The notes below the pieces were generated by a model. That model made no database searches, was not told the DNA's origin, and saw only the letters and a list, made by a program, of their open reading frames with translations. From NCBI GenBank assembly GCA_905178155.1, contig CAJINV010000020.1:992001-1056000 (forward strand): a DNA stretch of 64,000 nt, read 5' to 3'. This DNA is from Amoebophrya sp. A120. Its lineage: Eukaryota > Protista > Dinoflagellata. This document shows, one piece after another, positions 13,601 through 26,600 of this stretch (position 1 is the stretch's first letter; the number at the start of each line of letters is the position of its first letter). The translations under genes were made by a program, and so were the position numbers.

Positions 13601-15196
13601 CATGGGGAACGGCGGGACCCGCACTTCCGTGGCGTGCGTGTTCAGGCTGTGGATCTGGACCCACTGGGTCAGATACGGAATGCAGCAGGTGCCGAGGATA
13701 TCGCAGGAAAAAAGTGTTTCACTGTAAGGATTTTACAGGTTTTATTGCATCACACGTTAGCTGTAGCTCTACATGACAGAGAAAATTTGCCATGCAAGGT
13801 TCCGAAGGGAAAACCAAAATACAGCTAAAATAAATCCACTGTCTTGCATGTGTAGCAAGACAAACACTTGTGAGATTGAGATACATTTTCTGCATTACAA
13901 GTTTACAACAGTGAAACAGTTTTTTCTGGCGATAGAGGAGCAGGGGTAGGAACCGGGTCAACGGATGCTCGTACATAAAGAACCGAATGCCGCAGATGTG
14001 GGTATAGACGAGGAAGACCCTGTATATGATGTGCCGTCGTGTGATGGAAGATATTTTATTCATGTTTCTTTTCGGAACTACTTACTTCATCTTCAACAAG
14101 GCCGAGGGTATGTAAGTAGGAATTTGAAAATGAAAATCTGTCGTCGCAATTGCAAATGATCTTCGATGAGCCTAACACCACTAGACGGCCTCCCTATCCT
14201 GCTAAGTGAGTATACCAGACGCTGAGAAAGTGACCGCAGTCCTTCCAGTGCAGAAAGAAAGCTGCCAGCGCGGTGACGGCGAACACTTCCACCGTCAGTA
14301 AGTTCGCTACCAATTCGATCGTGAAGACCGACGATACGTCCCCGAAGCCCTGGGCCGACAGGAAAATGGAGGTACTCTCAATGGCCTCGGCGTCCTTCGC
14401 GATGTAGAGAAACGCGAGCCGGTAGAGCAGTAAAATCGGAAACCCGATATTCAGCGCCGCTTTCGTCACACTATTCTCCGGAGCCGGGTCGCGCTCGAGC
14501 GGCAGGCCGGCTAGAACGCCGTCAGTCGTGGCGGAAGATGCTTCCCCGAGCTGCAGTCGGATATGCATTGCAGAAGTATCGTAATCGCAGTCACGCAAGG
14601 CAAATCTTTTTTCCAAGTTAAATCAGCATGATGAATTCCGTCTGTCATGCCGAAATACTTTGTATTGCAATGACTACTAGTACGGTGGTACGATACATGT
14701 GCAATTCATATCGGAGAGAGGGAGACGACTTTTCGTCCGCGGAGCTGGTGGCTGCGGTGGTGCTGGACTTGGAGAGCGTTTTGGACGTCGAAAGTTGGGG
14801 CAAGTTATCGGGCTCGTCGATGGACGAATCGTTGCGCGGGGAGAGCAGTGACGGCGTGGAGTTCAGCGTCTCGCGGCCGCGGAAGAAGGTAACCCCATTT
14901 TCGATCACAAGGGAGGAGGACGACTCCTCGCGGCGCTGCAAGCCGGACGCCGGTCCCACGTGCTCACTCCACAAGGAGTTGCTGCTGCCCATGGTGGATC
15001 CGCGGTACAACGTGCCGGCCGAGCAACTGGGCGCCAACGTCGTCTGCGTCGGAATGTGGCGCATGGCGGAAGGGCCACCGTCGACGCACTTGTGGTCGAG
15101 CTGGTAGCTGCTGTCGTCGCGCTTCAGCATCTTGGGGTCCAGCTGCGCTTGATTATGTTGCGCAGGAGCCGGTGCGGCTGCAGGGGCACTTGTCAT
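7700..15196 (-). CDS. Family-2 glycosyltransferase (cellulose-synthase-like, multi-TM)
   Basis: Spliced exons give TVVLPAYMPNEE, KADNLNVAIRMLDTDFALFNDSD, NFNGRGGFWRTSAV...LAEDHD and QRRRW (D,D,D,QxxRW signature). It has 11 introners and GT-AG introns at 7989-8147, 8369-8591, 8707-8873, 10391-11935 and 13384-13531. One junction near 14060-14200 is unresolved. Confidence 0.85.
8991..9144. mobile_element. Introner family N, right end damaged
   Basis: Starts TATCCGCAGGAAATTTC; TSD TGCCG/TGCCT; excision gives FEIG-RSNFNG. Confidence 0.75.
9259..9488. mobile_element. Introner family K (TIR TATNCAAGAAAAAAGTGTTTCACTG)
   Basis: TSD CTCGC/CTCGT; frame restored. Confidence 0.82.
9634..9786. mobile_element. 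Introner family B
   Basis: TSD CCAGC/CGAGC; excision gives AIRML-DTDF. Confidence 0.88.
9878..10132. mobile_element. Introner family G (TIR TATRACCTGCTCA)
   Basis: TSD TCGAA/TCGAA; reverse-complement copy at 23336-23587. Confidence 0.92.
10177..10355. mobile_element. Introner family B
   Basis: TSD TCACC/TCACC; can be read as GT-AG. Confidence 0.9.
10528..11773 (+). mobile_element. GC-rich non-coding insertion with long target-site duplication, probable non-LTR retroposed element, inside a GT-AG intron
   Basis: Exact 38-bp direct repeat TAAAAAATTGCAGCACCAGTTGTACTTCTCGATGCTAC at 10490-10527 and 11773-11810. The last 110 bp recur at 57851-57960. Strand is inferred from the terminal A-run. Confidence 0.7.
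11330..11380. repeat. 3 x 17-bp tandem repeat GCTGCGTGAGGTGCAGC
   Basis: Exact copies; each unit is a GCTGC-N7-GCAGC hairpin. Confidence 0.9.
11991..12309. mobile_element. Introner family J (TIR TATGACAGTGCACAACTCC)
   Basis: Perfect 19-bp TIR; TSD CATCG/CATCG; excision gives DIILD-VLEYY. Confidence 0.92.
12429..12578. mobile_element. Introner family B
   Basis: TSD AACTC/AACTT; frame restored. Confidence 0.9.
12704..12870. mobile_element. Introner family B, TSD unrecognisable
   Basis: Intact TIRs; flanks CGCCC/AGTAC; element + 5 nt removal is still in frame. Confidence 0.85.
12989..13138. mobile_element. Introner family B (CAT start)
   Basis: TSD AGCAG/AACAG; frame restored. Confidence 0.88.
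13699..13934. mobile_element. Introner family K
   Basis: TSD GAGGA/GAGGA. Confidence 0.88.
14562..14710. mobile_element. Introner family B
   Basis: TSD TCGGA/TCGGA. Confidence 0.88.
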
Positions 15197-17609
15197 CTTG
15201 TCGGGCGTGCGTCGATATTACGCCGTATGTATATAATGTCACACTCTGGTTACTGAAGTGTCGACGGACACGCTATCCGTATCTACGCACCAATCTTTGA
15301 GTGGAAATTTGTCCCCGAAGTTGAAGCAAGAGTATGCTTCTAGTACTCGCTCCCTCCCCCGTAGTTTCCGGGCAATAAATTACCGATAGGATTTGGGTTT
15401 GTACACAAATTTTCTTGAATATCAAACGCGCGGCTACCATGATGCATCATCATCCTCGGTATATTCTTCATTGCGCTTTTAGATTTACTTTTGGCATCCC
15501 CTCCTCAACAGAAAAAAGACTTTGACTTTCACAACTGTCGTCCCAACTCCACACACTCTCCACAACGGAACATGTGACACTAGATACAAGAATCTGACTC
15601 CGTCCGCTCACTGCTCATTAGATACTTGTCCTCATTTTTTCCGGAAATGTACACACAGAGCAAAGACCCCGAAGTCGCCAGCTGCTTGCGCGCTGACTGG
15701 CGCTGCTTTCGCTAGAGTTTTGACTGTTCGTTGCTTGGGCGCCCGCCAGATGGTCTAGTGAGCGGCAGATGATTCGCTGCAGCGGACAGAGACGGACACA
15801 CAGGTGGGCCATATGGGGGGCAACAACACAGAGATCTCGCGCCCAACACCCACCAAGAGACATCGGGCGGGCCGGGCCGCATGTCGCTCGGTGGGTCGCC
15901 CGGCCGGGCGGCGGCGCCTGGCCGTTAATACCTTTTTTCCCGGCCCTCAAACGAGCAGGAGGGGGGGGCGGGCCCCTCCGCCCCGATATGTAATCAGGCC
16001 GCGCCAGCGGGCGCTTGGGTGCCAGCGCGCGACGCAGGCGCCTGGCAGGCTGATAAGCACGCGGCGGCGGGGGCGCGCATGCGGGGCATGCTTCCTCGCA
16101 AGGGCGCGCCGGGCCACGGCGCCTGCCCCGGGTGGGCGGAAACCGGGCGCCCACCAAACCGCGACGAAGCCACCCAGCTGCGGCGCTCCGTTGGCAATCC
16201 TTTGCCTTGCGTCGGGCCAAAGCGACGGCCTTGGCGTCGTTCGTTGTAGAGGAGCAGCGGCGCCACGGCTTCCGCGTAGAAATCACTCTCGGGCCGGGCC
16301 CCACGCCCTGGGTGGCGGGCGCGAAAAGATTGTGGCGCGCTGGAAGGCTCCAAAATTGTACAACTTCGCCGCGGCGGGTCGGCTTCCGCGCGCCACGCCG
16401 TCCTTTCGTCCCAGCATGGTCCTCCCGCGCGTCCTATCGGGAAATGAGAACACCCCGCCGGTTTGCCACTGGAATGTGAATGCAGTGCGCGCCACGTCGC
16501 GCGGCACGGAACTCCAGCACCGCCACGGCCCCCCACTTTTTCCCGCCGCTGCGTCAAAAAATAGAGGCCCATCGCATAGAGCCTGCCTTCGTCTCTGTAT
16601 AAACTGACGGGGGGCCGCGCCGCATGATTGACGAAAGCCCGAACGGCCACAGCTAACGCCACAGGCAATTAGCCCGGAGAAAACGCAACAGCGTCGCTGC
16701 TTATGCACATTTGGGGTAGCTCCCGCACTCATTCCAGCCAGCTACACAGTGCCGAAGGCGTCGCATCGGAATGTCTCGTCGAGGCATCGCCTTCATTTCG
16801 TCGCCATACTCGCGCAACCATTTTTATCCGCGAAAGATGCACAAGAATAGTGGAAGACGCAACGCGTCCGCGACTGCTTTTATCTTTGAAAATTCAAGTT
16901 TGCGTTTCGCTTCGAATGCAGAAAAGGGAACAATCACCTGCAGAAGGCCGCCTGTCACTCAATCCGGCCTCTGTCTCTGCTCATTTTACGTTTCCCAACT
17001 TGGACTCACTCGCGGAAGGTCGTAAATAGTCGCAGTTTCAATTTCTACTTGTTGTTAACTCATCAACAGATCGCTCCTCAATCATTCCTTAACCGTACCC
17101 GTGAAATAAGCGGCACACCCTGCCATTTGGCATGTTGGACGGGGCGGAACAAGAGTAAGTGCTTACTTCGAAGCGTGCCCTCGCCTTGAGCATGTCGTTG
17201 TCCAACATCAAAAATTTGCACTTCTGTTGTCGAAATCCGCTTGTTCTACGGATAGAGGTACTTCTTCCCTCTTGTCATACTTACCCGCCGTTGTGCTCAG
17301 AAACAGAATATGTCCTCACTCAGTTGCACAATGAATGAAATATCAAACGCCGGATCCGGAACTGCCGAAAATCGAGAAACACGAAACACAAAGAAAGTGA
17401 CAGGAAACAACTTCCCTACTGTAGTAGGAGTAGGTATAATCGTACAAAAAAACGTAAAAAACTATCAAATTATTTCTACGGACTGGCTGGAGGTCCTTTG
17501 GAGCAAATCATTTTGAATATGAATCGAAATTGAATTGAAGCACGTGCCTGAAAAAATCATTTTCCTGAGCAGAACCGGTACCGGTAGCGACTACAACCGG
17601 CCAAGCTTT

Positions 17610-20600
17610 CTACTTCCCCAAAGCCCCCGATCCGCCTCGCTGTAGGTTTTTCGGTTTTTGCTGGGACAACTGAAACTCGGCCCGCATACTTTCCTCCAAC
17701 TCCTTCATATGGGTTTCCAGCTCTTTTGCGAAATCGTGCTTCAGATTGGTGATCAGATTTTTGATCTCGCCCAATTTGCCCTTCCAGTGACTCTGCTGCG
17801 ACTGCTCTTCCACTGGGAGTAAAGCGTGGACCCAGGGCTCGTATTCGATTTGCCGGAAGGTCAGTTTCTGCAAATCGCAAATCATGTCGGCGCGGGTACG
17901 GAGGAAAGTGTGTTCTGTTTTTTGGAGAAATCTTCGTTGTTGAATACGCAGGAAGTAAAACGAGTTGCAAGCAGACGCAGGAAAACTTTGCACTACAAAG
18001 TACTAGATTTGCGTACGTCGTATTTCCGTGCGTAGTAACGTTATGCCGCACGGTACGATGATCGCTCCGTAGTCGAACAAGTAGAGACAGTACCTTTTTG
18101 CTTCCGTCAAAACATGCTGCGTAACTTTACTCCGCATGGTATCCTGGCTACTCGTGATTCTACCTCGCATTCTCATGCAGAATAACGTTACTCCCGATGG
18201 TATCCTATCGCAACAACTAAACAAACTCCGTACAACTGTATCTATGTATACCTTCATTCTCCCTGACTCGTTCAAACGTATCGGACATGATCGCGATTAA
18301 CAAGTTGAACAGCACGATCACCATCACGAACGTAAAGAGGCAGAACAGCACCGTCGCGAGCCGCGGATGCTCGCTCAAGGTGAACAAATTCACGTCCCAA
18401 TCCCCGAGCATCAACACGTAAACCCCGAGCTATCAAATGCAAATATGTCTGGGTCTGGAAAGGTTGAACCTGTATTGCGTGTTTCGCAATCCTGAAAAAC
18501 CTGTATTGCATAAGCAGCAAAGAAAGCAGCACACTTTCGTCATGCAACAACGCAGTTTGTAATGCGTCCTGCGCATGACATAGCGTTTGAAAAATTTGTC
18601 ATGCTGCACTGCACTTAAAGGCAGAGGCACAAACCATCATGGTTATTCAGCATTACAAGTTTCCAGACCCAGACATTTTTGCAATGCATACGAGCAGCGT
18701 TTCAAACATGTTCGGGTAGGGCGGTATTGAGTGGAAAAATCCCCCCTCCCAATATCCAAAAGGTATGTTGTGTTGCTGCTTTGAGGTCGCAAATCGCGTC
18801 TGTGTTGCAAGAAGACAAACGCAGAGGCTTCCGCATAGCATTATGGAAGCGATTTGGCATGCTGTTGGGCCTAGGGGAAAGCCGTTTGTAATGCTAAACA
18901 TCTAGACCCACACGGCCCTGCTCACTAAGCTGAAGATCTGGCTGCGATGCCGTATGGCAAGACAGCGCGGATTTGTGTACGGAAATCCAGCATCAGAAGT
19001 TTCGTTTTGATATGGGGAGGGGAAACTTTTTTTCTTGATAGGCGGTGGGTGGTCTTCGTGCGGGTCCCACTGCCGCATCATGGTCCTCCGGGAGTCGCCC
19101 GTCAGCACCGTTTTCCCCGGGTGCGTTAAATGCGTGCGCAGGGCCGCGCTGTTGTCGATGGCGTACAGCCAGTCGTCCTTGTAGAGGACAAAAAACGCCG
19201 TACCGAAACCGAGCAGGGCGATGCTCACCACGATGAGAAAGTACCGGATGTCCACGAAAATCTCGATCAGCATGCGGATGAAGGAACCGACGTTGCGAAA
19301 AGGTTGGCAGAAGTAGCTGTGATTGTGGGTGAAATTGGCGTCAACGCATGAGGGCTACAGCAGAACAATGACCACAATAAGAGGCATGAAGGCTGCAAAA
19401 CAATGAATAAGGAAATATGAATGAAAGTTTCAATATACACAAACACATACACTCTCGCGAAAAACAAGCATCAATCGAATAAAAATACAATATTTTGATC
19501 CACGCCATGAGGATGGATATCGTCACGCCGCGGATCAGGTATCCATCGTCCATGAGACCTGGTTCGATGTAGGCGACAAACGTTAACACGTTCAACACTA
19601 TCAACACTACGTCCAACATGTTCCACACCGACGTGCAGTACGCCCCGATCGTCTTCTCGCTTTTCTCCTTGACCTCGTCCAAAAACGAGCGCAGCGTGTA
19701 GCCCATCATGACCGTGATGACGACGGTGTTCAAAAGGTCCCCCCGTTGAAAAATCGGCAACACCACACACGCCGTCCCCCAAATCGCCAACGGGACCCAG
19801 AGCCCGGCGTTGGCGTACAGCTGGGCGAGAATCCCCTCGTCGCTCGTGACGCTCCCGTCGCCGTCCTCGTCCAGGAATTTTTTCAGCGATTTGAACGTGA
19901 TTTTCAGCGTGCTGTAAACCGCAGTGACGGGGAAAGTAACTGCTTTCGCGAAGGTGGATAAAGCGGTGTGCGTTCTTGACCTGGAGGATCTTCTCCTTCT
20001 GTTGTTCACGACATTGTTCATCGCGTAGGGATATGGAGTGCAAAAGTATGGCACTCGTAGTATTAAAATTAATCGCAACATTCATGCATTACAAATTTCC
20101 TCTTCTTAAACTTAAGCTAAATCCGCATTAGAAATTCCATTTCTCATGCTGAGGATGCAATTTGTTTATGCAAAAATAGCAATGTATACTAGTACGATGC
20201 TTTATTTGTATTGCATAAAGGCGAAGACGGATTTGAAGCGTCGATGTCGTCGTCCGTATCGTCAGAGTCTGTACCACTTCCACTCTTCCCGCAACCGCAG
20301 CAAGAGAACAAAGACCCGAGAGAGAAAAAATGGCACAAGAAGTCCACAAACGCGCCGTAGTACCGGTAGCTCATGCAGCAGAAGTAGAAGACCGCGGTCC
20401 CGATGCAGGTCACGTAGTGCTCGAGATCGAGAATTTCAAACCGAAATGGTTCCACTTTTTCCCGCAGCTGGATCGCGAACACGGTGTAGGAAGCGAGGAA
20501 AATGACGTAGGTGACAAAGTACATCTTCAGCTCGTCCCGCGCATACGATTCCCACTTGTAGTTGATCAAAATCCGGGCCGGGGTCGACGCGTAGAAGCTG

Positions 20601-23600
20601 CTGGGCACGTTGTGCTCCATCAGGAGCGTCAACAAGCCCTGGCCGTCCCCGCTTCCCGACACCATTTCCGGGATCGCCACCACCTTCGCTTCCATCGGCT
20701 CCAAGGCCGCGTCGAGGCTTTTCTGCGACTGCTGCTTCTCCAGGTAGTCACCCCACACGTTCCGCTGGTAGCCGTAGAACGCCGTGCCTTTGCTGATCAA
20801 CCGCGAGGCGGGATCCACGTAGGCCTTCAATTCGGGGACGAGAAACGGAGGGTCCACCACGAAAGCTTCGAGTAACTTTTCCGCCTCCACCGGCACCCAG
20901 CGTAGCAACGCGGGGAGCGACCGCCAGACTAGAGCCAAAGAGCTTTGCGTGAAGCCCTGATCAAGGATTCGCTGGATGAACAGCTCGGTGAGATCTCGTT
21001 CGTGCAATCGGATTGCGAGGGAAAGTTCGCTTTCTTCCTCGATGTGGAGGATTTCTCGATCTTCCAGTCCCAACTGCTTCCGTAGTAACGTCAGAGACCC
21101 TTTTTTCGTCTTTCTCAGCAGGTGCGACAAATGTTTCGGCTGGTGCGCGGCTTTGCTGATCAGCGTCTGCATGGCCGCTTTACTCGTCGAGCCGGCGAAA
21201 CTGAGGGTCGCGCGGCCCACCCCAAACATCATGCTCCCGCGGCCGCCAAGAGGATTGCCCGGACCTCCGGTGACAACTGCACCGCCATGCGCCGTCGGTG
21301 AGTAGTCGTCGTCTGACGTCGCGAAAGACGCAAAGCCCGGCCGACTGGTGCCGTAGAAGGAGGTGGTTCCCATGATCCCGCCGGGCTTGCTGTTGCCAAA
21401 GTCGCTGACGCCGGTCCGGCTGTCGGCGGATTGCTGGCCGTGCTGTCTGCCCGGGAGCGGTGGCGGGCCGGAGCCGAACCTGTTACAACCGTCGACGATC
21501 TCGATCTCGGTCGAGAAAACCTTATTGCTTTTGCTTCCAGGTCCTCCCGTGGGGTGTTTGCTCAGAACACTTTTCAGTTTTGCGAAGATGCTGGTCCTGC
21601 TGGAAAAGTTGTGTGGTCCACCTGTGCTGCTGTCATTGCGACCCGCTAGATCTTCTTCGCTGAGGGTCGAAAGCGAGGACAGAGAAGAACGATTGTGGCC
21701 GACGGCTGTTATGTCAGCTTGGGTAGAACCAGCAAACCCGCTTTCTTTCCTATTTTCTACTGTGCTTCTTTTCCCGGTGCCAGCCTCTTCCGGATCTTCT
21801 TCCATGTTCGAAACATCGATGAAGCTCCCGGCGCTTACCTTCAGCAATTTCAAGTCGTGCAAAGCGTGGAGGCAAAGCTTCACGTCCAACGCGGCTACGA
21901 CATCGAAGATGCAGGTCGCAGTTTGCTTGTCTCCGTTCTCGATGACGATATGCTTTGCAAAAGCATCGCACAATTACTAAGTAATTGCATTCATGCAGGA
22001 CAGGTATCCGTTTCCGTCTTTGCCTTTTCCCGCAGGACAAACTTCACTTCTGGTTCTGCTCGCGGCGAGATGATTATTTGTCATGCGATTTATACCACTA
22101 GTACGATACAGTTTTTGCAAAGCATAGGCAAGGTACAAAAGCGATTTCCCACTGTGGCGGTCGACTTGGTTCAGAAACCCCGGAAACACCGTGACCCAGC
22201 GCGACAGCAGCGCGCGCTTCTTTTCCTTGATGTTTTTCGCCTTCAGCTGTTTGTTTAGTTCCGCGTCGTCGAGCGAGGCAAGACACCGCATCGCTTGGCT
22301 GGGGGTCCCCACGGAGTGGAGATATCCACCTGTGCAAAAGTATCGCACTCGTATAAATGCATGACAAATTCCCTCAGCATGAGAAATAAAATTTGCAATG
22401 CTGATTTACCTTAGGGAACAAAAGATTTGCAATGCAGGATTGCAATACGAGTGCGATACTTTTGCACAGGATAGTAGAAAGGGAAGGTTGATGTCCCGGT
22501 ACAGATTCCCGTTCCCGTCGCTGAAAAAATAGGTCTTTGTCGTGGTTGTGGAGGCCAAACTTGTACTAGATCCGGGGCTGTTGCCGCTCCTTGTCTGCGG
22601 CGTGAGCACGGACCCAAAAATCCCGCGCGACTTTTTGCTGCCGACCGCGTAGGATAGTATCGAATGCAAATATGTCTGGGTCTGGAAGAGTCCTGCTGCT
22701 TTTGCATGACGCAGAGGGTCTGGCATGGAAGCTCTAGCATGACAGGTTTCGAGAAGCTTCCGCAATGCCGAATCCGCATGACAAATGCCCCATTTTGTTG
22801 ATAAAAAGCGGGCAGCTTTTGCTGCCTATGCATAAAAGATTTTTCCGTGTTATGAAATGCGCATCACAAATTTGCATTCTTCCAGACCCAGACATATTTG
22901 CAATGCATAGATAGTTCCAAGCTGCTATCCAAGTCGTAGAACGCGGTCATCATGCCAGTATGAAAGCCTCAGAATGGAAATTCTCAAAGCGGAAAGAATT
23001 TGTGATGCATGAAATGCGACACCAAAAAGACTGTGTAATTGCAGAGAACGCAATGGAGGCCGACTATTGTGCTTCTACGGGTTCAGAATTGGGCTGCTGA
23101 TTAGCACGAGAGAAGGGCACGCCTTTGCCTAACTACCATGACAGACACGCTTTGAGTGCCCGGGAAATTTGTCATGCGCCGACTAGAAATGGTGCTGCAA
23201 CTGGAGTCGTTTTTTTGCATTACAAATTATTTTCAAATTGAGGATTTCCAACCTGAGGCTTTCATAGCCCGGATCACAGACCGCCATCCACCGGCCTTCT
23301 ACACTAACCACCTCGTCGAAGTGGGCAAAAATGTGTATGACCTGCTCAAACGTTACAACCTCAAACGTTACAATAGAATCTGGGTTCTGTATTGCATGAG
23401 GAGCATGACAGATTCGGAGAGCACTCCACTTTCTGCAATACAAATTTCGCCAGATTGTAGTCCGGGTTTGGACTCCAGAACTTGTCATGCGCAATCCTAT
23501 GAGAGTTGGCTAGATAATGCACTTCTTGCAATACAAATTCCAGACTCTATTGTAACGTTTGAGATTGTAACACCTGAGCAGGTTATAATGTGGCGTTTGG

Positions 23601-26600
23601 CGTTTTTCTCCCCGATTTTCCGGTCGAACACCCACTGCTTCTGCTCGTTGTGCTATCATAAGGCAAAATCCCCCCTCCCCATATCGAAAAGAAATTTCTG
23701 ACGCTGATCGATCCGTGACCACAAATCAGCTCTGTCTTGCAGTAGAGGACTGCAGGCCCATATCATGCCAGAGTCGCGAGGTTTTGGCCTAGGCGCTGTA
23801 GCATGAGGAGCGTCTATGCTGTAGGCCCAACAGCATTACAAACCGCCTGCATAATGGGGCGGAGCCTGTAGCCTTGCTTTCTTGCAAGACAGAGGTCATT
23901 TGTGGTCTCAAATCAGAAACACATATTTTCGGAATCATACCGTTTCGATATGGGGAGGGGGGATTTTTCCTTTTGATATGTGCCGCAAACCCGCGCGGAA
24001 ACCCAAGTACGATCCGCTCGCGGCTTCCGGGCCGTTAACAGCCGCGTCGACCACACCAAAAAACGCGTTGGCGGCCTGTTTCGTCGGCGAGAAGACGATT
24101 TTTGACGGTGACGAGGGCGTGGCGGTACTACTGTTAGGAGGACCTTGCTCCGAGTTAGATATTACAAGGTGCGCCCCCGCACTGCTTTCGGACGCAACTT
24201 TATTTTCAGCGACAGTACTAGTTGTAGTACCCACTCCCGAAGATAGCGAGGTGACAGCTGGAGGTTGTTGGCCACCACGACCTTCTGCTTTCTCCTGGCT
24301 TGTTTTGCCCGAGGAACCAGTTGTACGCCCTGCCGATCCAGGCCCGGGCCCTGGTCCGCCCGCGTAATTGGTCCACAGTGAGGCGGCGTTCTATCCAGGA
24401 AGAAAACTGCGTAAGTGTAACTTTGTAAGAAGAGCAGCATCACAAATTCGCTTTGCATTACAGGGAAAACCTGCCATGCGCAGCTAGTACGTGGAAAAAC
24501 GTAAGACGCACATGCAGCATGACAAGTGTCAACAGTTTTGCACTTTCCGCATTACAGAGTTACACCTACATAGTTTTTTTCTTGCATACGTTCTTCGCAG
24601 TCTTCAGTGCCGTGTCCGCGGTTTTCAGTAAGGAGCTGCTAATCCGACCACTACTGGCACCCGCCGGTAGCTGCATCATCACTCCTGGTCCTCCTGGCGG
24701 GTTCAAGTCTTTCGCACTGGTACTGGCACCAGGGTGAAGATTATTGCCGATCAGTCTCGGACTGGGGCTGATGTTCATCCCGTTCACTGCGGCGCCCATC
24801 ATGCTGCGCAGACGGTACACCTGCACCAGCCCGCGCTCGTCCGGCTCGGAGCTATCGGCGATGAAGAGATCGTTGGACAAATACCGCCCCGTCATGGTAT
24901 CGCGGTCGCAACGAATCTCCGCTTCCGACCATTCATCGGAGACACACGTCCAGTCTGCGGTGCTGTAGAGCTCGCCATTGTACGCAAACCAGTTGGAATC
25001 CGGCGAGAAGAGTATTACAGTGAAAAATGTCCCCACCGCCAAAGTCGCAAAAACTTTTGCTGCGAAGCTTCCAAATGAAAACTTTTTGTCATGCACGCAG
25101 CAGTATGAATCTTTCTGATGCAGAGTCTAGGTGCGTATCGCATCGCTTGCATGACAAGCGCCACTCTTGTTGGGGTCTTTTGCAATGCAAATTTTTGCTT
25201 TATTGACGATTGGAGATCTGTGATGCTGATAGATACAAGAGGGCGAGTGTTTCATTTGGAAAGGTTTGCAATGCAAATGCTCCGAAGTTCGGGGGTGGGG
25301 GCATTTTTCATTTTGATAAAGAGAGGTTGTCCCGACGTGTAAGTCCGATCGAAAATGATCAGACACTCCCAGGACTCTTCCGGAATATATCCTGTGCAAA
25401 AGTATCGTACTCGTAGTAATCGCAATCATGCATTACAAATCTCCCTCTTAACCGAAACCTGCATTACAAATTCCATTTTTCATGCTGAGGGAATTTGTCA
25501 TGCGATTTATACTAGTACGATGCTTTTGCAGTGAATAGAATAATGTCGACGTCGATATCATCTTCCTCCTCTTCCATTTCGTTAACGTTATCCTCTTCCT
25601 CACCAGTCATCTCCGAGCGCGCCGGCGCAAAGGGGTCCTCAGCTAGAATGTCGTTGGTCGGCGTTTTCTATAAAATGCAAAAGTATGATATCGTACTCGT
25701 ATAAATGCATTACAAGTTTTCGCTTTGGCAAGAAGAAATAAATGTAATGCGGATTTACCAACAGAAAAAGATTTGTCATGCATATTAGCAATTAGTACGA
25801 CTACGAGTACGATACTTTTGCACAGCATATTTTCTCCCATCTTTCTTCGAAGCTCGTCAGTTTTTCGTCGAGCTGCTCTTCCTTCGATTTGGACGAGGCG
25901 CGTGATGTTTTGACATCGTCATTTCTCGGCGTTTTATTCCCAACAGTTGACGATCGTGGCGAGGACAACGGTCTTGCGACATTTCTCGCCGATTCTGGAG
26001 TTGTACCACTCTCGACCATCTCATCGGGGTCGAACAGCTGATACATGTGCGCCTCGTCGGGTTGAACGCAATTCGCGAAAAAAAGCCTGCCGTCGAAGGA
26101 AAACCTGCCCTTCACTGACTGTTTCTCTGCGAAAAACTTCTCGCAGGCCTTGAAACTCGTAACGCAGCGCAGCTTCGGGATCAATGTCGCGTCTGCGATT
26201 ACGGTGAGGTCTGAAGTAGAAACGGTCTGGCCACTGGCAATGGTAGTTCCACCGGCTCTTGCTGCGTCGATAGAAGAAGAGTCTTTTTCCTCATCCTGGT
26301 TGTTTTCTTGGAGATGATCGGCCCCTTGTTCAGCTTTTTGCTCATCTTCTTTCTCTTTCACACTTGTCATCTTCTTGTCTTTGTCACCACCCCCTGCCAG
26401 ACTCTCCAACATGGTTCCCTCGAAGGGAATTTCGAAGACCTTGATCTCGTTTCCCACCCGACTCTATCAAATGCAAAAGTGTCTGGGTCTGGAAGATTCT
26501 GAGGTTTGTCATGCATATTTTGCATGACTCAGGATGTCTGTCATGCATGATGTAGCATCACATATTTCTAGAGGGCTTCCTGATGCCTATCCCGCATGAC

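Noticed and set aside
15618-16732. Long overlapping ORFs (up to 267 aa) in the GC-rich island, and similar ones in 10391-11879
   Set aside because: Arg/Ala/Pro/Gly-rich ORFs open in several frames on both strands are expected from stop-codon scarcity at high GC, and none shows a domain motif.
20330-21980. Plus-strand ORFs of 100-270 aa here and elsewhere
   Set aside because: They are antisense shadows of minus-strand coding exons.
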